From the NCBI GenBank assembly GCA_951406725.2, contig OX597815.1, positions 139,438,001 through 139,502,000 of the forward strand: 64,000 bases of DNA, in the 5' to 3' direction. Below, piece by piece: positions 27,580 to 40,050 of the stretch. The DNA comes from Octopus vulgaris. Taxonomy: Eukaryota. The position numbers were made by a program, and so were the translations under genes. Below the pieces are notes generated by a model, which made no database searches, had not been told where the DNA came from, and saw only the letters and a program-made list of their open reading frames with translations. Positions within the stretch are counted from its first letter, which is position 1. Each line of letters opens with the position of its first letter.

Positions 27580-27612
<33 letters not shown>

Positions 27613-27621
27613 GTGTATGTG

Positions 27622-27709
<88 letters not shown>

Positions 27710-28059
27710 ATATATATGTGTGTGTGTGTGTGTATGTGATAAATTATTTGCAGGATTAAACTGAATCATGCTATTTTAATAAGGACACCAGGGTAGGGTC
27801 GAAAATAGTACATCCCTGTATCAACAGTATATATGGACACACATGCATATATTAATGTATAAGCGGGCTTGTTCTACCACTTGCATACACATACACATGA
27901 ACAGATCAATATACTCATTGATATAATTATAGTTGTAAATGTAAAATCGCATACATACATACTTCGGCTTGCAGTTTCACGGTCCACTTTAAGTTTCAGA
28001 TCTAACCAAGGGAAGGTTTTCGCTATGGTGTAAAATAAGTAAAAACACAAATTGATTGA

Positions 28060-28142
28060 GGTTCACCACAGCTGTTTCAGGCGCGTCTTTTATTGATGAG
28101 CCTATTAACATAATGAAAAACAAAAGCCTTTCTTCGGCTGGA
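28060..28142 (-). ncRNA. Degenerate minimal hammerhead motif
   Basis: CCGAAGA-A-AGGC...GCCT-GAAAC-AGCT-GTG; the GUG triplet is non-cleavable. Confidence 0.4.
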
Positions 28143-28340
28143 TTAAAATTCGTCACACCGAGATGAGGAACTCAACATATTTTTTATGAGCTAAATCTTA
28201 ATGTTAAATTTTAGATTTAAATTCTAATTAAGGAGTTGTAGAGAACGGTTATGCAACCATTATATACTATAGAGTATATTAAACGTTTTTATAAGTCGTT
28301 ACTGTGTTCTACTGTGTTAGCAGTGTGCTTTCTACAGATA

Positions 28341-28483
28341 TCTACAGATATTCTATAGAAAATTTAGCCAGCGCTGATTTTTGTTACGCAAGATGTAAAC
28401 AAACAAACATCTGACGTTTCGGATACGAAACGTCGCAACAAAAATCAGTACTGGCTATAATTTCTATTGAATATCTGTAGAGA
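28341..28483. repeat. Inverted repeat (~45-bp arms)
   Basis: TCTACAGATATTCTATAGAAAATTTAGCCAGCGCTGATTTTTGTT vs AACAAAAATCAGTACTGGCTATAATTTCTATTGAATATCTGTAGA. Confidence 0.75.
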
Positions 28484-28638
28484 TAACAATAACAAAGTTA
28501 AATTTTAATATGTTTTTCAATAGAAAAACGCTTCCGAAACATCTGTAGAGGACCTCATCCCACTTACGTTTTGATATATATATATAATTGAAAAAGTTAG
28601 AGTCAACAAGAAGGAGTACGGTTGAACATCTATTTGCA

Positions 28639-28744
28639 ATCACAACAATTGTTTCTACGCAACGTAGTTCTCCAGGCTTGCAGGTATTTAGTTATGTAAC
28701 CGTTTCCCTGCATTATGAGATCTAGTTGTGTTTCCTCATGTAAT
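28639..28744 (-). ncRNA. Minimal hammerhead motif with core C3 altered
   Basis: ATTAC-ATGAGGA-A-ACACAAC...GTTGCGT-A-GAAAC-AATT-GTT-GTGAT; lies between (TA)n tracts. Confidence 0.5.
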
Positions 28745-29148
28745 ATATAAATATTGTCTCTGTAAATTCAAATTCTCGGCTTCAACAGCATCCTATCTAT
28801 CTGGAATTAGTACTATTGTCGCTATGTTCTTAACAGAAAATAGCATAATTATTTATATATATATATATATATATATTTCAATAATTATTAATTAATTCAA
28901 TTAATTAATTTAATAATTATTAGTTAATTAATTTTAACATTTTGTTATTATTGAAATATAAATTATTCCCTGATCGAAAGATGCAGTTTCGGCAGGGTTA
29001 CTCGTAACACATGTGGGTATTTGAGGATAAATATATATTCCCATTCGACTGTATAATTTTGGAAGTGCTGGTTAAATATCAGTTATGCGATGACGCTTGA
29101 TCGCGTACATATTTAAATTCTAACACTCTCAAATTTATATTTGAAATG

Positions 29149-29220
29149 CTGCACTGATGAGGTGAAATAAGTAAGTAAATATAACTTTACCATAAATCCC
29201 GAAACGCATATGTCATGCGG
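29149..29220 (+). ncRNA. Hammerhead motif
   Basis: CTGCA-CTGATGA-GG...CC-GAAAC-GCATAT-GTC-A-TGCGG; stem I register off by one base. Confidence 0.55.
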
Positions 29221-29385
29221 ATTCGTTATTTTTTCCTCTTTGCCTACGTAAAAAAAGTGTGTTACTGTCTAGGAGTTATTTATGGTAGCGGAATGGTATG
29301 TTAACTGCTATTTCTAAATTCGGTGCGTGGCGAAGCAATTAGCTGACCCCTGATTATAATTATGCTTATTATTATAGAATACTTG

Positions 29386-29420
<35 letters not shown>

Positions 29421-29464
29421 ATATATATATATATATATATATATACATTATACATATTTATTTC

Positions 29465-29644
29465 TTCAATTTGGGGGGGGGGGTTAATCGATATGCGGGT
29501 ATTCTATTTCAGATCATACAAAAATAACTTAATGAGTATATCTGAAAGTAAACTCATGGTTTACTTTCAGATATACTCATTAGGTTAATGTTTATATTAT
29601 CTGAAATAGAATACCCGCATATCGATTAATTCCCCCAAATTGAA
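29465..29644. repeat. Near-perfect 180-bp hairpin between (TA)n tracts
   Basis: TTCAATTTGGGG...TTAATCGATATGCGGGTATTCTATTTCAGAT...GAGTATATCTGAAAGTAAAC mirrored around ~29555. Confidence 0.85.
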
Positions 29645-29841
29645 TTAATATTGACTTTTACCAGATACTTTGCATATTTATAAATAAATACATAAATATA
29701 TGATAAATAAAATCCCAAGGTACGATATGTGGATGCATATAATGCTGAAGAATTGTACCTGATCGATTTGGAAATTTGTCTTCCCAATTCATTTAAATAT
29801 ATATATATATATATATATATATCTTAAATTGAATTAGGCAG

Positions 29842-29873
<32 letters not shown>

Positions 29874-29910
29874 CTTATATTATTATGTATATATGTATAT
29901 TTATATATGA

Positions 29911-29950
<40 letters not shown>

Positions 29951-29953
<3 letters not shown>

Positions 29954-30383
29954 AAATAGAAAGATGAATAATCTTGTTGCAGATTAATCAAAAGTTTAAC
30001 CGATACCTTGGTAGCAAAAATCACAGCAGAAGACAGCACAGTTGGAGGTACAACCATATGGTGTTGCAACCATGCGTTGGTGCGGATAATTGAATTTTAA
30101 TATTATTAGTGAATTGAAGAAATGGAGTTGAACGAAGATTGAACAGAAATCGTTTTATTGCATTCTACACGTGTTTCGAAAGCCACAATTTACCAAATTC
30201 CGATTGAATAAGGAGACCATATTGTGTCTTTCTCTTCAGGAAGAAATAGGAAATCCGTTGGAAAAAACAAAAACAGAACAGAGGCGGAGCAAAACAAATC
30301 GAACGAGGCTTTCGAAACACGTGTAGAATGCAATAAAACGATTTCTGTTCAATCTTCGTTCAACTCCATTTCTTCAATTCACT

Positions 30384-30390
<7 letters not shown>
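29951..30390 (-). mobile_element. Hammerhead module family C with inverted 5' arm
   Basis: 84-bp near-perfect inverted repeat 30101-30184 / 30307-30390; HHR minus 30163-30242: TTC-CTGAAGA-GAAAGACACAAT..ATTGTGGCTTTC-GAAAC-ACGT-GTA-GAA; homologous to 51990-52378; (TA)n flanks. Confidence 0.82.
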
Positions 30391-30453
<63 letters not shown>

Positions 30454-30790
30454 GTGTGTGTGTGTATATATATATATATGTATATATGTATGCATGGATG
30501 TATCTATATATATGTATATACATAGAGAGAGAAGGGCGGGAAGGGAGGGAGAGAGGGGGTAGAAAGAGTGTGTGTGCGTATCTGTGTGTGCGTATCTGTG
30601 TGTGCGTTTGTGTGTGTGTGCGCGTGTGTGTGTCTGTGCGCTCGTGTGTGTGTGCGTCGTCTTTGTGTCCGTGCGTTTTACTGAAGCTGAAAAACATTAC
30701 TAACTGTTACTCAAAGTTTAACGTAACTGAACATCAGGCAGATGGTCAGTTAACTGAAAATCTGAGAATGTCCATACGTCACCGTCTGTC

Positions 30791-32185
30791 CAGGGTGCGA
30801 TGGGTAAATTGTCGCCATTTAAAAAGTTTTAATTTTTGCTCATGCGTATTGTTTGCTTTTGATTTTGTCGACTACGCAGTCCAGTAAGATCAGTTGGGCA
30901 CTGTCTCTGAGAAACACAGCACTATGACGCAATTCACTCTGCCGCAAATTTGGAAACGACATGTACTGCTTGGCTTTCGCGCTGGATGCTCCAATATGAA
31001 CATTTTAGAGTGTTTGGGTGTTAATCTTAGGACAGAGCAGAGGATTCAAAAATAGTTGGTTGAGTCTAATGGTGATTACGAAGGTACTGAAGGTCGGAAA
31101 ACTCACTCTGATCGTTCTCATAAGAAAAGAACTCCTGAATTTGTTAGTGAGATCCAGCCATGTCTGAGTTTCTTATCAGGCAGGTAGTGCATGAAGACAG
31201 ATCAGAGGATTCAAAAATAGTTGGATGAGTCTAATGGTGATTACGAAGGTACTGAAGCTCGGAAAACTCACTCTGATCGTTCTCATACGAAAGGAACTTC
31301 TGAATTTGTTAGTGAGATCCAGCCCCGTCTGAGTTTCTTATCAGGCAGGTAGTGCATGAAGACATTTGGTATTCCTCATACAAGATGAGAAAGGGCCAAT
31401 TTTTATTCCAAATCATCAAGGACAAGAGGAAAAACCGCGCTACGAAGCTTTTGAACAAACTTAAGCTTCCCCACCAACCGAACATGCTTTCTCGTCTGAG
31501 AAGAGATTCTGCCAGGATAAAATGGTGAACACACAAAACAACCGTTGGCTAGCCGTGCCCCAAAACATGTACCGAGTGTAATAAAAATCAAACATCCAGT
31601 CAATATCATAGTCTTTGGAGTGATCACTAGTGATGGCAACGGTATACCTCCATTCATCTCACACGGTCTCAGACTCAACACGGAGCCCTACATCAAATGG
31701 AAGGAGGCGGTAGTGCTGCCCTGGGTCAAGTGGGTGGCTCCTGGTACACCCTATGTCTGGCAACAGGACTCTGCACCATGCCACACAAGCAGGGGTAACC
31801 AGTCATGGCTATCAAACAATTTCTGCGAACACATCGCCCCTAACATATGGCCACCTAACTCCCCAGTCTGTAACACCCTTGGTTATTATGTGTGGGCCGC
31901 AGTTGAGCGAGAGACCAACAAAACTCCTTGTAACACCACAGATGAACTGAAGGCAAGGATTATGGCAGCATTTACCAACTTAAACAAGGAGACCGTCCAG
32001 AAGAGTTGCAGGAGATTCCAAAGTTGTCTAGAGGCACTGGTTGAAGCCAATGGCGATTTTGTTGAATAAATATACTCTTTAGTATTTCAAGATATTTTTA
32101 TGTAATTTTGGTAAATATATCTGTTAAAATGATATGTTAGTTTATTTTTGCGTTATTTAGACGACAGTTTATTCACCGCACCCTT
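30791..32185 (+). mobile_element. Decayed Tc1/mariner-superfamily transposon, DD37D (maT) type
   Basis: TIRs CAGGGTGCGATGGGTAAATTGTCG / CGACAGTTTATTCACCGCACCCT; transposase remnant VFGVITSDG...WQQDSAPCHTS...WPPNSPVCNTLG with 37 residues between D2 and the mutated D3 position; internal 2x165-bp duplication 31031-31360. Confidence 0.88.
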
Positions 32186-32216
32186 TATATATATATAGAT
32201 ATATATATATATATAG

Positions 32217-32287
<71 letters not shown>

Positions 32288-32956
32288 AATACACACACAC
32301 ACACATACTCACACGAGTTGGAAAAGATTCAAAACCACGAAATTTTTAAAACCGTGTTACTTCCTTTACAATTAATCATTATATTAGTATTATTTTACGA
32401 ATATATGGGGAAATTCTAATTAATTAGTCTTAATTTTCTTATTGGTTGCATTTGGAGAAAAAGGTCATGATTATGTCCTTTGCAGTTGATCCGCAATTGT
32501 CTGCAGTATGACTTTAAATGAAAATGCTGTTGTCACTTAAATATTGCGTGGGAACATTTAAATACACTTTATGCTAACATAAAATTCAACACAAGACATT
32601 GGAGTTATACAATTGTTTTCACTCCAACCAAACACAAAACACTTAGCGTGTGGCCTCAACAAGGTAAAACAATGTATTACATCAGGTTCCGCTTCAGTGG
32701 TGGGAGAAGAAGGATGAAGATAAGAACATCAGAAATACATTTATATAATAACTGTTAGAAGTGAGTAATATGGCATATTGCAAAGATTTGGCTTATCTTT
32801 CTGGAAGAAACAGAATGTATTAACTGAGTGTTTGTGGTACTAGCAGTAATGTTAATGGTTGAACAATATGGAAGCCATTTCTGATAGAAAAATTTATAAC
32901 ATCCTGTGATGTTTTCCGATCATGTTAATAAATAAAGATGTAGTGGGACTACTTCT

Positions 32957-33700
<744 letters not shown>

Positions 33701-34137
33701 CAAAATCCTTGTTATGACTCCAGATGTTTTTAACAGTTTTATGCAAATTTCTACTGCATTACCAGTTTCAGTTAATTCTATCTTTCAAAAATGTCTATTG
33801 CGAATGTAGAACTCTGTAAGTACAACCACAACAGTTTCAGTTTCTTATAGTAGGGAACAGGGTCTGAGATTTCTGGTGCTATTTTGGCATTTTTATGAAC
33901 AATATCTGTTTTATTATTTTGTTGGGTGATGTTTGTGTTTGCGAATAAGCCGTGTGATTGGTGCTACATGTTTCACTATCGGAGTGTGATTCTGTATAGC
34001 ACATGCTATTCGGTTTGTGTAGTATCGATGAGAGGCAATGGCATTAAAAGTAAACCCTGTGAGTTGCTGACGTGATAGTGTAGGATGTATCAGTTGTGTG
34101 TGTGTGCTGAGTTATTTTGAATTCCGATCATCTAGAG

Positions 34138-34524
34138 CAGTATTTCTCGACGTCGGGCTTGGGGAAATTGTGGTGGGGCGTGAGAAAATTGTGGTAGGGT
34201 GTGGGGTCCAATTGTTTTCTTTCTTTTTTTTTTTTTAGTAGTACATGGAATTATGAAAATAAATTTTTACAGCAAACACACTATACCTATACTCAGCCTA
34301 ACCAAACCAATCCCTCCAGCCGAACATACTGTGTGAATACTGTTTGTTACAGTATAGCACTATTCTAATGCCCTAGAATAATATACTTTCCTTAAAGAAT
34401 TTCTTTAAGGAAAGTATATTATTATGAATTATTAAAGTATTTGAAACAACCACAGGTGGGGCATACATACATTTTTTTGGAAAATTATAATGAGGCCTGA
34501 TGGAAAATAGGTTGAAAAACACTG
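34138..34524. mobile_element. hAT (Charlie-like) MITE
   Basis: TIRs CAGTATTTCTCGAC / GTTGAAAAACACTG; 8-bp TSD-like flanks ATCTAGAG / ATCAAGAC. Confidence 0.6.
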
Positions 34525-34761
34525 ATCAAGACGACCAAAGTTTTATTTTTTCTCCAATGTCTGGGGTCTCCCGCCCTTAAGCCCAAGACAATCATCCTAT
34601 CACCCTTATCCGTCTTGTTGCTTAACAACAACAACAATAACAGCAGCAACAGTAGCAACAAAAGAAGTCTTTAGAAGTGAAGAACAGTATTTTTTTTACC
34701 CAAATGACCACTGTTTTCACCGATCACTATTTCTGGAGAACCACCGGTTGTAGACAGTTGT

Positions 34762-35010
34762 GGAGGTGTGTGGCTTAGTAGTTAGGGTATTGAACTCGTG
34801 ATTGCAAGATAGTGGTTTCAATTCCTGAAACGGGCGATATGTTGTGTTCTTGAGCGAAGCACTTCATCTCACGTTGCTCCAGTCCACTCAGCTGACAAAA
34901 ATGAGTAATCCTGCGACGGACCTGCATCCCGTCCAGGTGGCGAATTTATATGCCATGAATACCGGGAAACCGGCCCTTAAGAGTCGGTATCACACTTGAA
35001 GGTAACTTTA
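34762..35010 (+). mobile_element. tRNA-derived SINE, family 3
   Basis: GGAGGTGTGTGGCTTAGTAGTTAGGG box A, GTTTCAATTCC box B; CCTGCGACGGACCTGCATCCCGTCCAGG and ACCGGGAAACCGG shared with 62985-63289. Confidence 0.75.
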
Positions 35011-35525
35011 ACTTTACTACCGGACGTAGCTCCGAGAATAGTCAGATTGTAAGCATATGAAATCGTCTTATTTTCAGTACTCCTTTTCTTCCATCCATTT
35101 TTTTTTTTGTTTTTGAAATACTATCTATCAACATCCCCCTCTGGGTGAAAGGCCCGGTAGATTGTCAGCAACTTCAATTTTATCTCTGTTCTTAATATCT
35201 TTGAAGATTTGATTATTCCCGTGCTGTGCATGAAGTTGGATACGGCTTTTGAGTTTATAACATTAATGCTATTTCGAGTTTGAATTTAGGTTTTCTTTCT
35301 ACCCTTTGGAAATGTATTTTCCTCACTTTATCTTTCATTATTCTGACTTTTAAACCCTTAGATTCCAAGACACCAGCTTTTTTCTATTTTTGCTTTCGCT
35401 TTTTTTTTTTTTTTTTTTTTTTTGCTCCATGTATGACTCTAAATATTCTATTTTCTCTGCATTTCGAAATTTAGTGTTATGATTTTCTACTACATCCAGT
35501 TTTTCAGATAATCTAAACAAGAAAA

Positions 35526-35596
<71 letters not shown>

Positions 35597-35616
35597 TATT
35601 ATTATTATTATTGATA

Positions 35617-35743
<127 letters not shown>

Positions 35744-35744
35744 T

Positions 35745-36102
35745 ACTTTTGAGCTGCATGTTTGTTACAATCACTTGCTGAGACATGCCCAGCATCCTAG
35801 GGTGAGTGAAAGATAAGAGATTTCACAGTATGACTAAAATCCTAGGGAGGAGAAGTGGCAGGGGCAGTAGCGAAATATCTTCATGTAATACAACGCAAAC
35901 ATTTAAATTGATAGGGTTTTCCTGTGGGTTAGGGCAGTAGTTATCAGGACAATCATTTGGATTTCTCTGAGACATGGTTCTCCTGGGATATTATCTAGAT
36001 GTTTCTGACATCCTTTTCTTATCATACCTAGGCTACCACAATAACATGAACAGTTCTCGCTTTAAGATGCCACATTTTTTGTATTTCAATTTCCAGGACC
36101 TT

Positions 36103-36104
<2 letters not shown>
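35745..36104 (-). mobile_element. 5'-truncated R4/Dong-type copy (endonuclease C-terminus and 3' UTR)
   Basis: Minus strand KVLEIEIQKMWHLKARTVHVIVVA..GMIRK...IPGEPCLREIQMIVL...RKTLSI*; (ATT)n on both sides. Confidence 0.85.
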
Positions 36105-36174
<70 letters not shown>

Positions 36175-36175
<1 letters not shown>

Positions 36176-39100
36176 TTTTTTTTTTTCTTCTTTCAAATTT
36201 TCTTCCATTTCTTGCCGAGTGTCTTCCCGACTCCTAGGGCAAAGAAACTCATAGTGTGTATTGGTAGGCCATTAAACCAAACTCAGTAGTTCGTTCATTT
36301 TTTTTTTTTTTTTTTAAAGTTAAATTAAAATACATGAGCAGCAACAGTTCTCACATCGACAATGCTCTTCTCAATACGTGTGATGTACCAGTTAAGACAA
36401 TCTTTTGCACTTCTTGCAGGGATGGTAAGCCAGGGATCATTCTCATATAATTTTCGGTTCCCTTCTTGATCATTCCTAGTGCTCCTACGATCACTGGTAT
36501 TGTAACCGCCTTGAGATGCCACATTTTCTCAATTTCAATGAGTAGGTCTTTATATTTTCTGAGCTTGTCAAACTCTTTCGCTGAGATATTATGATCACAG
36601 GGGATGCTCATGTCGATCAATAAGCAAACTTTATTGTTTTGGTCTTTCACAACAATATCTGGTTTATTGGCCTTGATGGTTCGGTCTGTATGTACTGGAA
36701 AGTCCCACAGAATGGTTACATTTTCTCCTTCAGTTACAGCCTCAGGGTGGTGATTATACCACTTGTCGGCAGTTTTGATATTGTAATGCCGACTTATTAG
36801 CCAGTGGAGATATTGGCCAACTCTGTCATGTCTTAATTTATACTCCACTGGTGCTAAGACTTTACATCCAGAGATTAGGTGGTCCACTGTTTCAATCATG
36901 TCGTTGCAGAATCGGCATTTTGGGTCTGCTCCATTTTTCATCACATTGGCCTGGTAGTTCCGGGTTGATAGGCTTTGGTCTTGAGCAGCCAGGATGAAAC
37001 CTTCGCTCTCTGCTTTTAGCCCTGAGCTCCGCAGCCACTGATGGGTTTGCTTCTGGTCAACATCAGCTTGTTTGCTGCGGGTCACATATTTGCCGTGCAG
37101 AGGTTTCTCCTCCCACCTATCAGCCAATTGCTCGTGCGCTTTTTTCATTGCCATCATTTTCACCTTCTTTGCAACAATAGTTGCCGTACTTCCCTCGGGT
37201 TGTTCAGTTTGGCCTCGACCTCCTTGGGCTCTGGGAAGGTAAAGGCGATCTACGTCTGCCTTTGGGTGGTGCATCCTATTACAACTCAGCAGCTTGCGTA
37301 TTTTTCTATCTATATTCTTTACTTCCCTCATATTCCAGTTCAACACATTGTAGCTATAAGTAACAACTGGAACTGCTAGGGAATTTATAGCTAACACCTT
37401 GTTACGTGCATTTAGTTCAGATTTCAGGACTGCACGAACTCTCCTATAACATTCCTTCCTGATTTTCTCTTTCATGCTTGCATGCTGAATACCAGAGCCT
37501 TCATTTATCCCTAAATATTTGTATGTTTGTTCTTGCTCAAGCTCTCTTATGACTGTGTCAACATCTAACACGACTGAATTTGTGGTCTTCACTTTCCCTT
37601 TCTGGAAAGTGGCCTTGGCACTCTTCTCAAGTCCAAACTCCATCCCGATGTCATCGCTGAATGCTTTCACGGTGCGCAATAGGCCTTCAAGTTCATTATT
37701 GTCTTTACCATAAAGTTTTAAGTCATCCATATAAAATAGATGGCTTAATTTTTTATTGGCAATTTTATACCCATACCCTGTTCTGTTTAATTCACTTGTA
37801 AGGGGTATTAGGGCTATGCAGAATATTAAAGGTGAAAGTGAGTCACCTTGAAAAATTCCACAGTTGATGTTTATATTTTCTGAGGCAAGTACTCCATTAG
37901 AGTGGTATAATTGGAGATTCGTATTCCACAACGACATATTGTGCTTCAGGAAGTTTGAAATCACAGGGGAAATTTTGAAGATGTCCAGCGATCTCAAGAT
38001 CCATGGATGCGGTATACTGTCGAAGGCCTTTTTATAGTCAATCCATGCGGTGCTGAGATTTCTGCGCTTGTTGTGACAGTTCTCAAGGATCATACGATTG
38101 ATTAGCAGTTGATCTTTGCATCCGTAAGATCCTCGGCGGCACCCTTTTTGTTCAATGGGGAAAATATCGTTCTTCTCCATGAATGCATATGTTTTCTCCG
38201 CCAGGATAGATGTTAGGATTTTATACGTGGTGGATAGACAGGTTATAGGCCGATAGTTTTTTGGAAGGTTGGTTTCGTTATTCTTTGGGAGTAGGTAAGT
38301 AATGCCACTTGCTAACCATTCAGGTGTTTTCTTTGGGTCTCTCATAATTCCATTGAGCAGCTGAACTAGCTTACCGTGTGCGCACGGGAGCGATGCGAGC
38401 CAGAAATTCGGCACCCTATCTTTACCGGGGGATTTCCAATTATGGGCCTTCGTGAGTGCCTTTCTTAGGTCTGCTATTGTGATGTCTTCCCATGCTTGTT
38501 GTTGTAAATTTTGGTAGGATCCTTCAGTTTGTATAATCCAGTCTGCATTTATGTTGTACGTCTTCTTGTCACTCCAAATCCTTTCCCAAAAGTTTTGAAC
38601 TTCTTCCATGGGAGGGAGGTCTTTAACGGTTACTTTCTCCTTCCCTATTTCTCTGTAGAATTTTTTGGCATTGGATGTGAACAGCTTATTTTGCTTGTAA
38701 AACTTGTTTCTCTTCTCAAATCTTCGTATTCTTTGGGCTTTTGCTTGGACTTTTTGTTTCAGCGTTTCTTTTATTGATATCAGTTCTTCTCTTGGTGAGG
38801 ATCCAAATTTTCTCTTCATCTTTCTTCCTGTTCTGGATCTTACATCATTTCCACATATTAGTTCATTTAATATTGATATTTGCCCTCTCATAAATTCAAT
38901 CTCTTTTTCAATTTTACTTCTCCAGGTTTGATTTCTTCCCAGGTTTTGTTTTCTTTGTTTTTTCGGGGGCATACAGCTGGTTTCAATTGCCCTAGCAGAA
39001 GCGTAAATAATTTCATTTAACTCAGTAAAATCAGGTTTTAATTCTCGTATTATTTCATTTGTTACATAGTTGCCAATTTGGATTTGTTTTTTATTTTGGT

Positions 39101-39980
39101 TTGTATTTGAGAGTTTATGAAGCGGTTCTCTATCATTCATACTTGTATGTCTTACAACTTCAAGCGTATTCAGGATTTTCTGCCTCATTTCTGCCATAGA
39201 CTCTCTGTGTTCTTCAGCAAATGCGAGATCTTCAGTTACTGTTGTCTTTTCGTTTTCCTGGCTATCTTTAACAGGTACAATAGAATTTCTTGTATCTTCA
39301 GGCCTTTGCGTACTTTGGTCAGATGGCAGTCTTTCAATTAAGCCTCGTGGCGGGCTATACTGTTCATCTGATTCTTCATTTCCTTTGTGTCTTATATTTA
39401 TGTCATTTTCCGTTGCGTGCTTGATCGCGCTTATTTCACTGTCTGTGAGTCTGTTATTTCTAAAGATATCCCTCCTCACATTTGCTAATTTGTTCTCGTC
39501 CAAATAGGGCCTACTGTCTTGATTCCGTGTTCTCCATATACTGTAAGAGTTTGCGGTGTGTCTCTCTTGAGATGGCCTACCTAATGCATAGTAATAAGCG
39601 TATATTACTTCTTTATACTCTTCTCGGGTCCATTTGTTCCGCTTACATTTTTCTTTCTGTGGTGGTTGTGGTGGTGAACTTGGAGGGCTCGAGTTGGGGG
39701 ATTTCCCGTTCAAGTGACCATCCATGTCCGTATTCGGAGAAGAGTTTGTGCCAGTTGATGACTTTTCGATCCCAGGCTGGCTCTTCCCTGGGGGACGCGC
39801 TTCCAGATTAACCATAGGACAAGCGATTTGGTATGCTGATTTAGTTTTCCTTTTAGTTTCCAAAAACATTTTGGTGCTACGATAATGTTATCATTTTTTT
39901 AGCTTTGATTGGCTCGTGGGGAGACGGCCATCATTGCCGTTACAATTATAATCGTACCATTATAGCAGCCGTAGTCGGCT
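36175..39980 (-). mobile_element. Near full-length R4/Dong-clade non-LTR retrotransposon inserted in (TAA)n
   Basis: Single long ORF, ~110-bp 5' UTR, ~175-bp 3' UTR ending in an A-tract; (TAA)n at both ends. Confidence 0.93.
36351..39869 (-). CDS. Retrotransposon polyprotein: RT, CCHC zinc knuckle, restriction-like endonuclease (1172 aa)
   Basis: NWKSPGKD, NYRPITCL, WIDYKKAFDS, GIFQGDSLSPL, YMDDLK; CRFC..ETVDHLISGC; RHDRV, KPDIVV, IDMSIP, KLRKYKDL. Confidence 0.95.
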   Translation of the reverse strand: MFLETKRKTKSAYQIACPMVNLEARPPGKSQPGIEKSSTGTNSSPNTDMDGHLNGKSPNSSPPSSPPQPPQKEKCKRNKWTREEYKEVIYAYYYALGRPSQERHTANSYSIWRTRNQDSRPYLDENKLANVRRDIFRNNRLTDSEISAIKHATENDINIRHKGNEESDEQYSPPRGLIERLPSDQSTQRPEDTRNSIVPVKDSQENEKTTVTEDLAFAEEHRESMAEMRQKILNTLEVVRHTSMNDREPLHKLSNTNQNKKQIQIGNYVTNEIIRELKPDFTELNEIIYASARAIETSCMPPKKQRKQNLGRNQTWRSKIEKEIEFMRGQISILNELICGNDVRSRTGRKMKRKFGSSPREELISIKETLKQKVQAKAQRIRRFEKRNKFYKQNKLFTSNAKKFYREIGKEKVTVKDLPPMEEVQNFWERIWSDKKTYNINADWIIQTEGSYQNLQQQAWEDITIADLRKALTKAHNWKSPGKDRVPNFWLASLPCAHGKLVQLLNGIMRDPKKTPEWLASGITYLLPKNNETNLPKNYRPITCLSTTYKILTSILAEKTYAFMEKNDIFPIEQKGCRRGSYGCKDQLLINRMILENCHNKRRNLSTAWIDYKKAFDSIPHPWILRSLDIFKISPVISNFLKHNMSLWNTNLQLYHSNGVLASENININCGIFQGDSLSPLIFCIALIPLTSELNRTGYGYKIANKKLSHLFYMDDLKLYGKDNNELEGLLRTVKAFSDDIGMEFGLEKSAKATFQKGKVKTTNSVVLDVDTVIRELEQEQTYKYLGINEGSGIQHASMKEKIRKECYRRVRAVLKSELNARNKVLAINSLAVPVVTYSYNVLNWNMREVKNIDRKIRKLLSCNRMHHPKADVDRLYLPRAQGGRGQTEQPEGSTATIVAKKVKMMAMKKAHEQLADRWEEKPLHGKYVTRSKQADVDQKQTHQWLRSSGLKAESEGFILAAQDQSLSTRNYQANVMKNGADPKCRFCNDMIETVDHLISGCKVLAPVEYKLRHDRVGQYLHWLISRHYNIKTADKWYNHHPEAVTEGENVTILWDFPVHTDRTIKANKPDIVVKDQNNKVCLLIDMSIPCDHNISAKEFDKLRKYKDLLIEIEKMWHLKAVTIPVIVGALGMIKKGTENYMRMIPGLPSLQEVQKIVLTGTSHVLRRALSM

Positions 39981-39997
39981 TATTATTATTATTATTA

Positions 39998-40050
<53 letters not shown>

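Noticed and set aside
37041-39811. Plus-strand ORFs overlapping the Dong ORF
   Set aside because: Antisense shadows of the retrotransposon coding sequence
39870-39980. HDV-like ribozyme in the Dong 5' UTR
   Set aside because: Only a 4-bp P1 candidate and no P2 or P4 could be built
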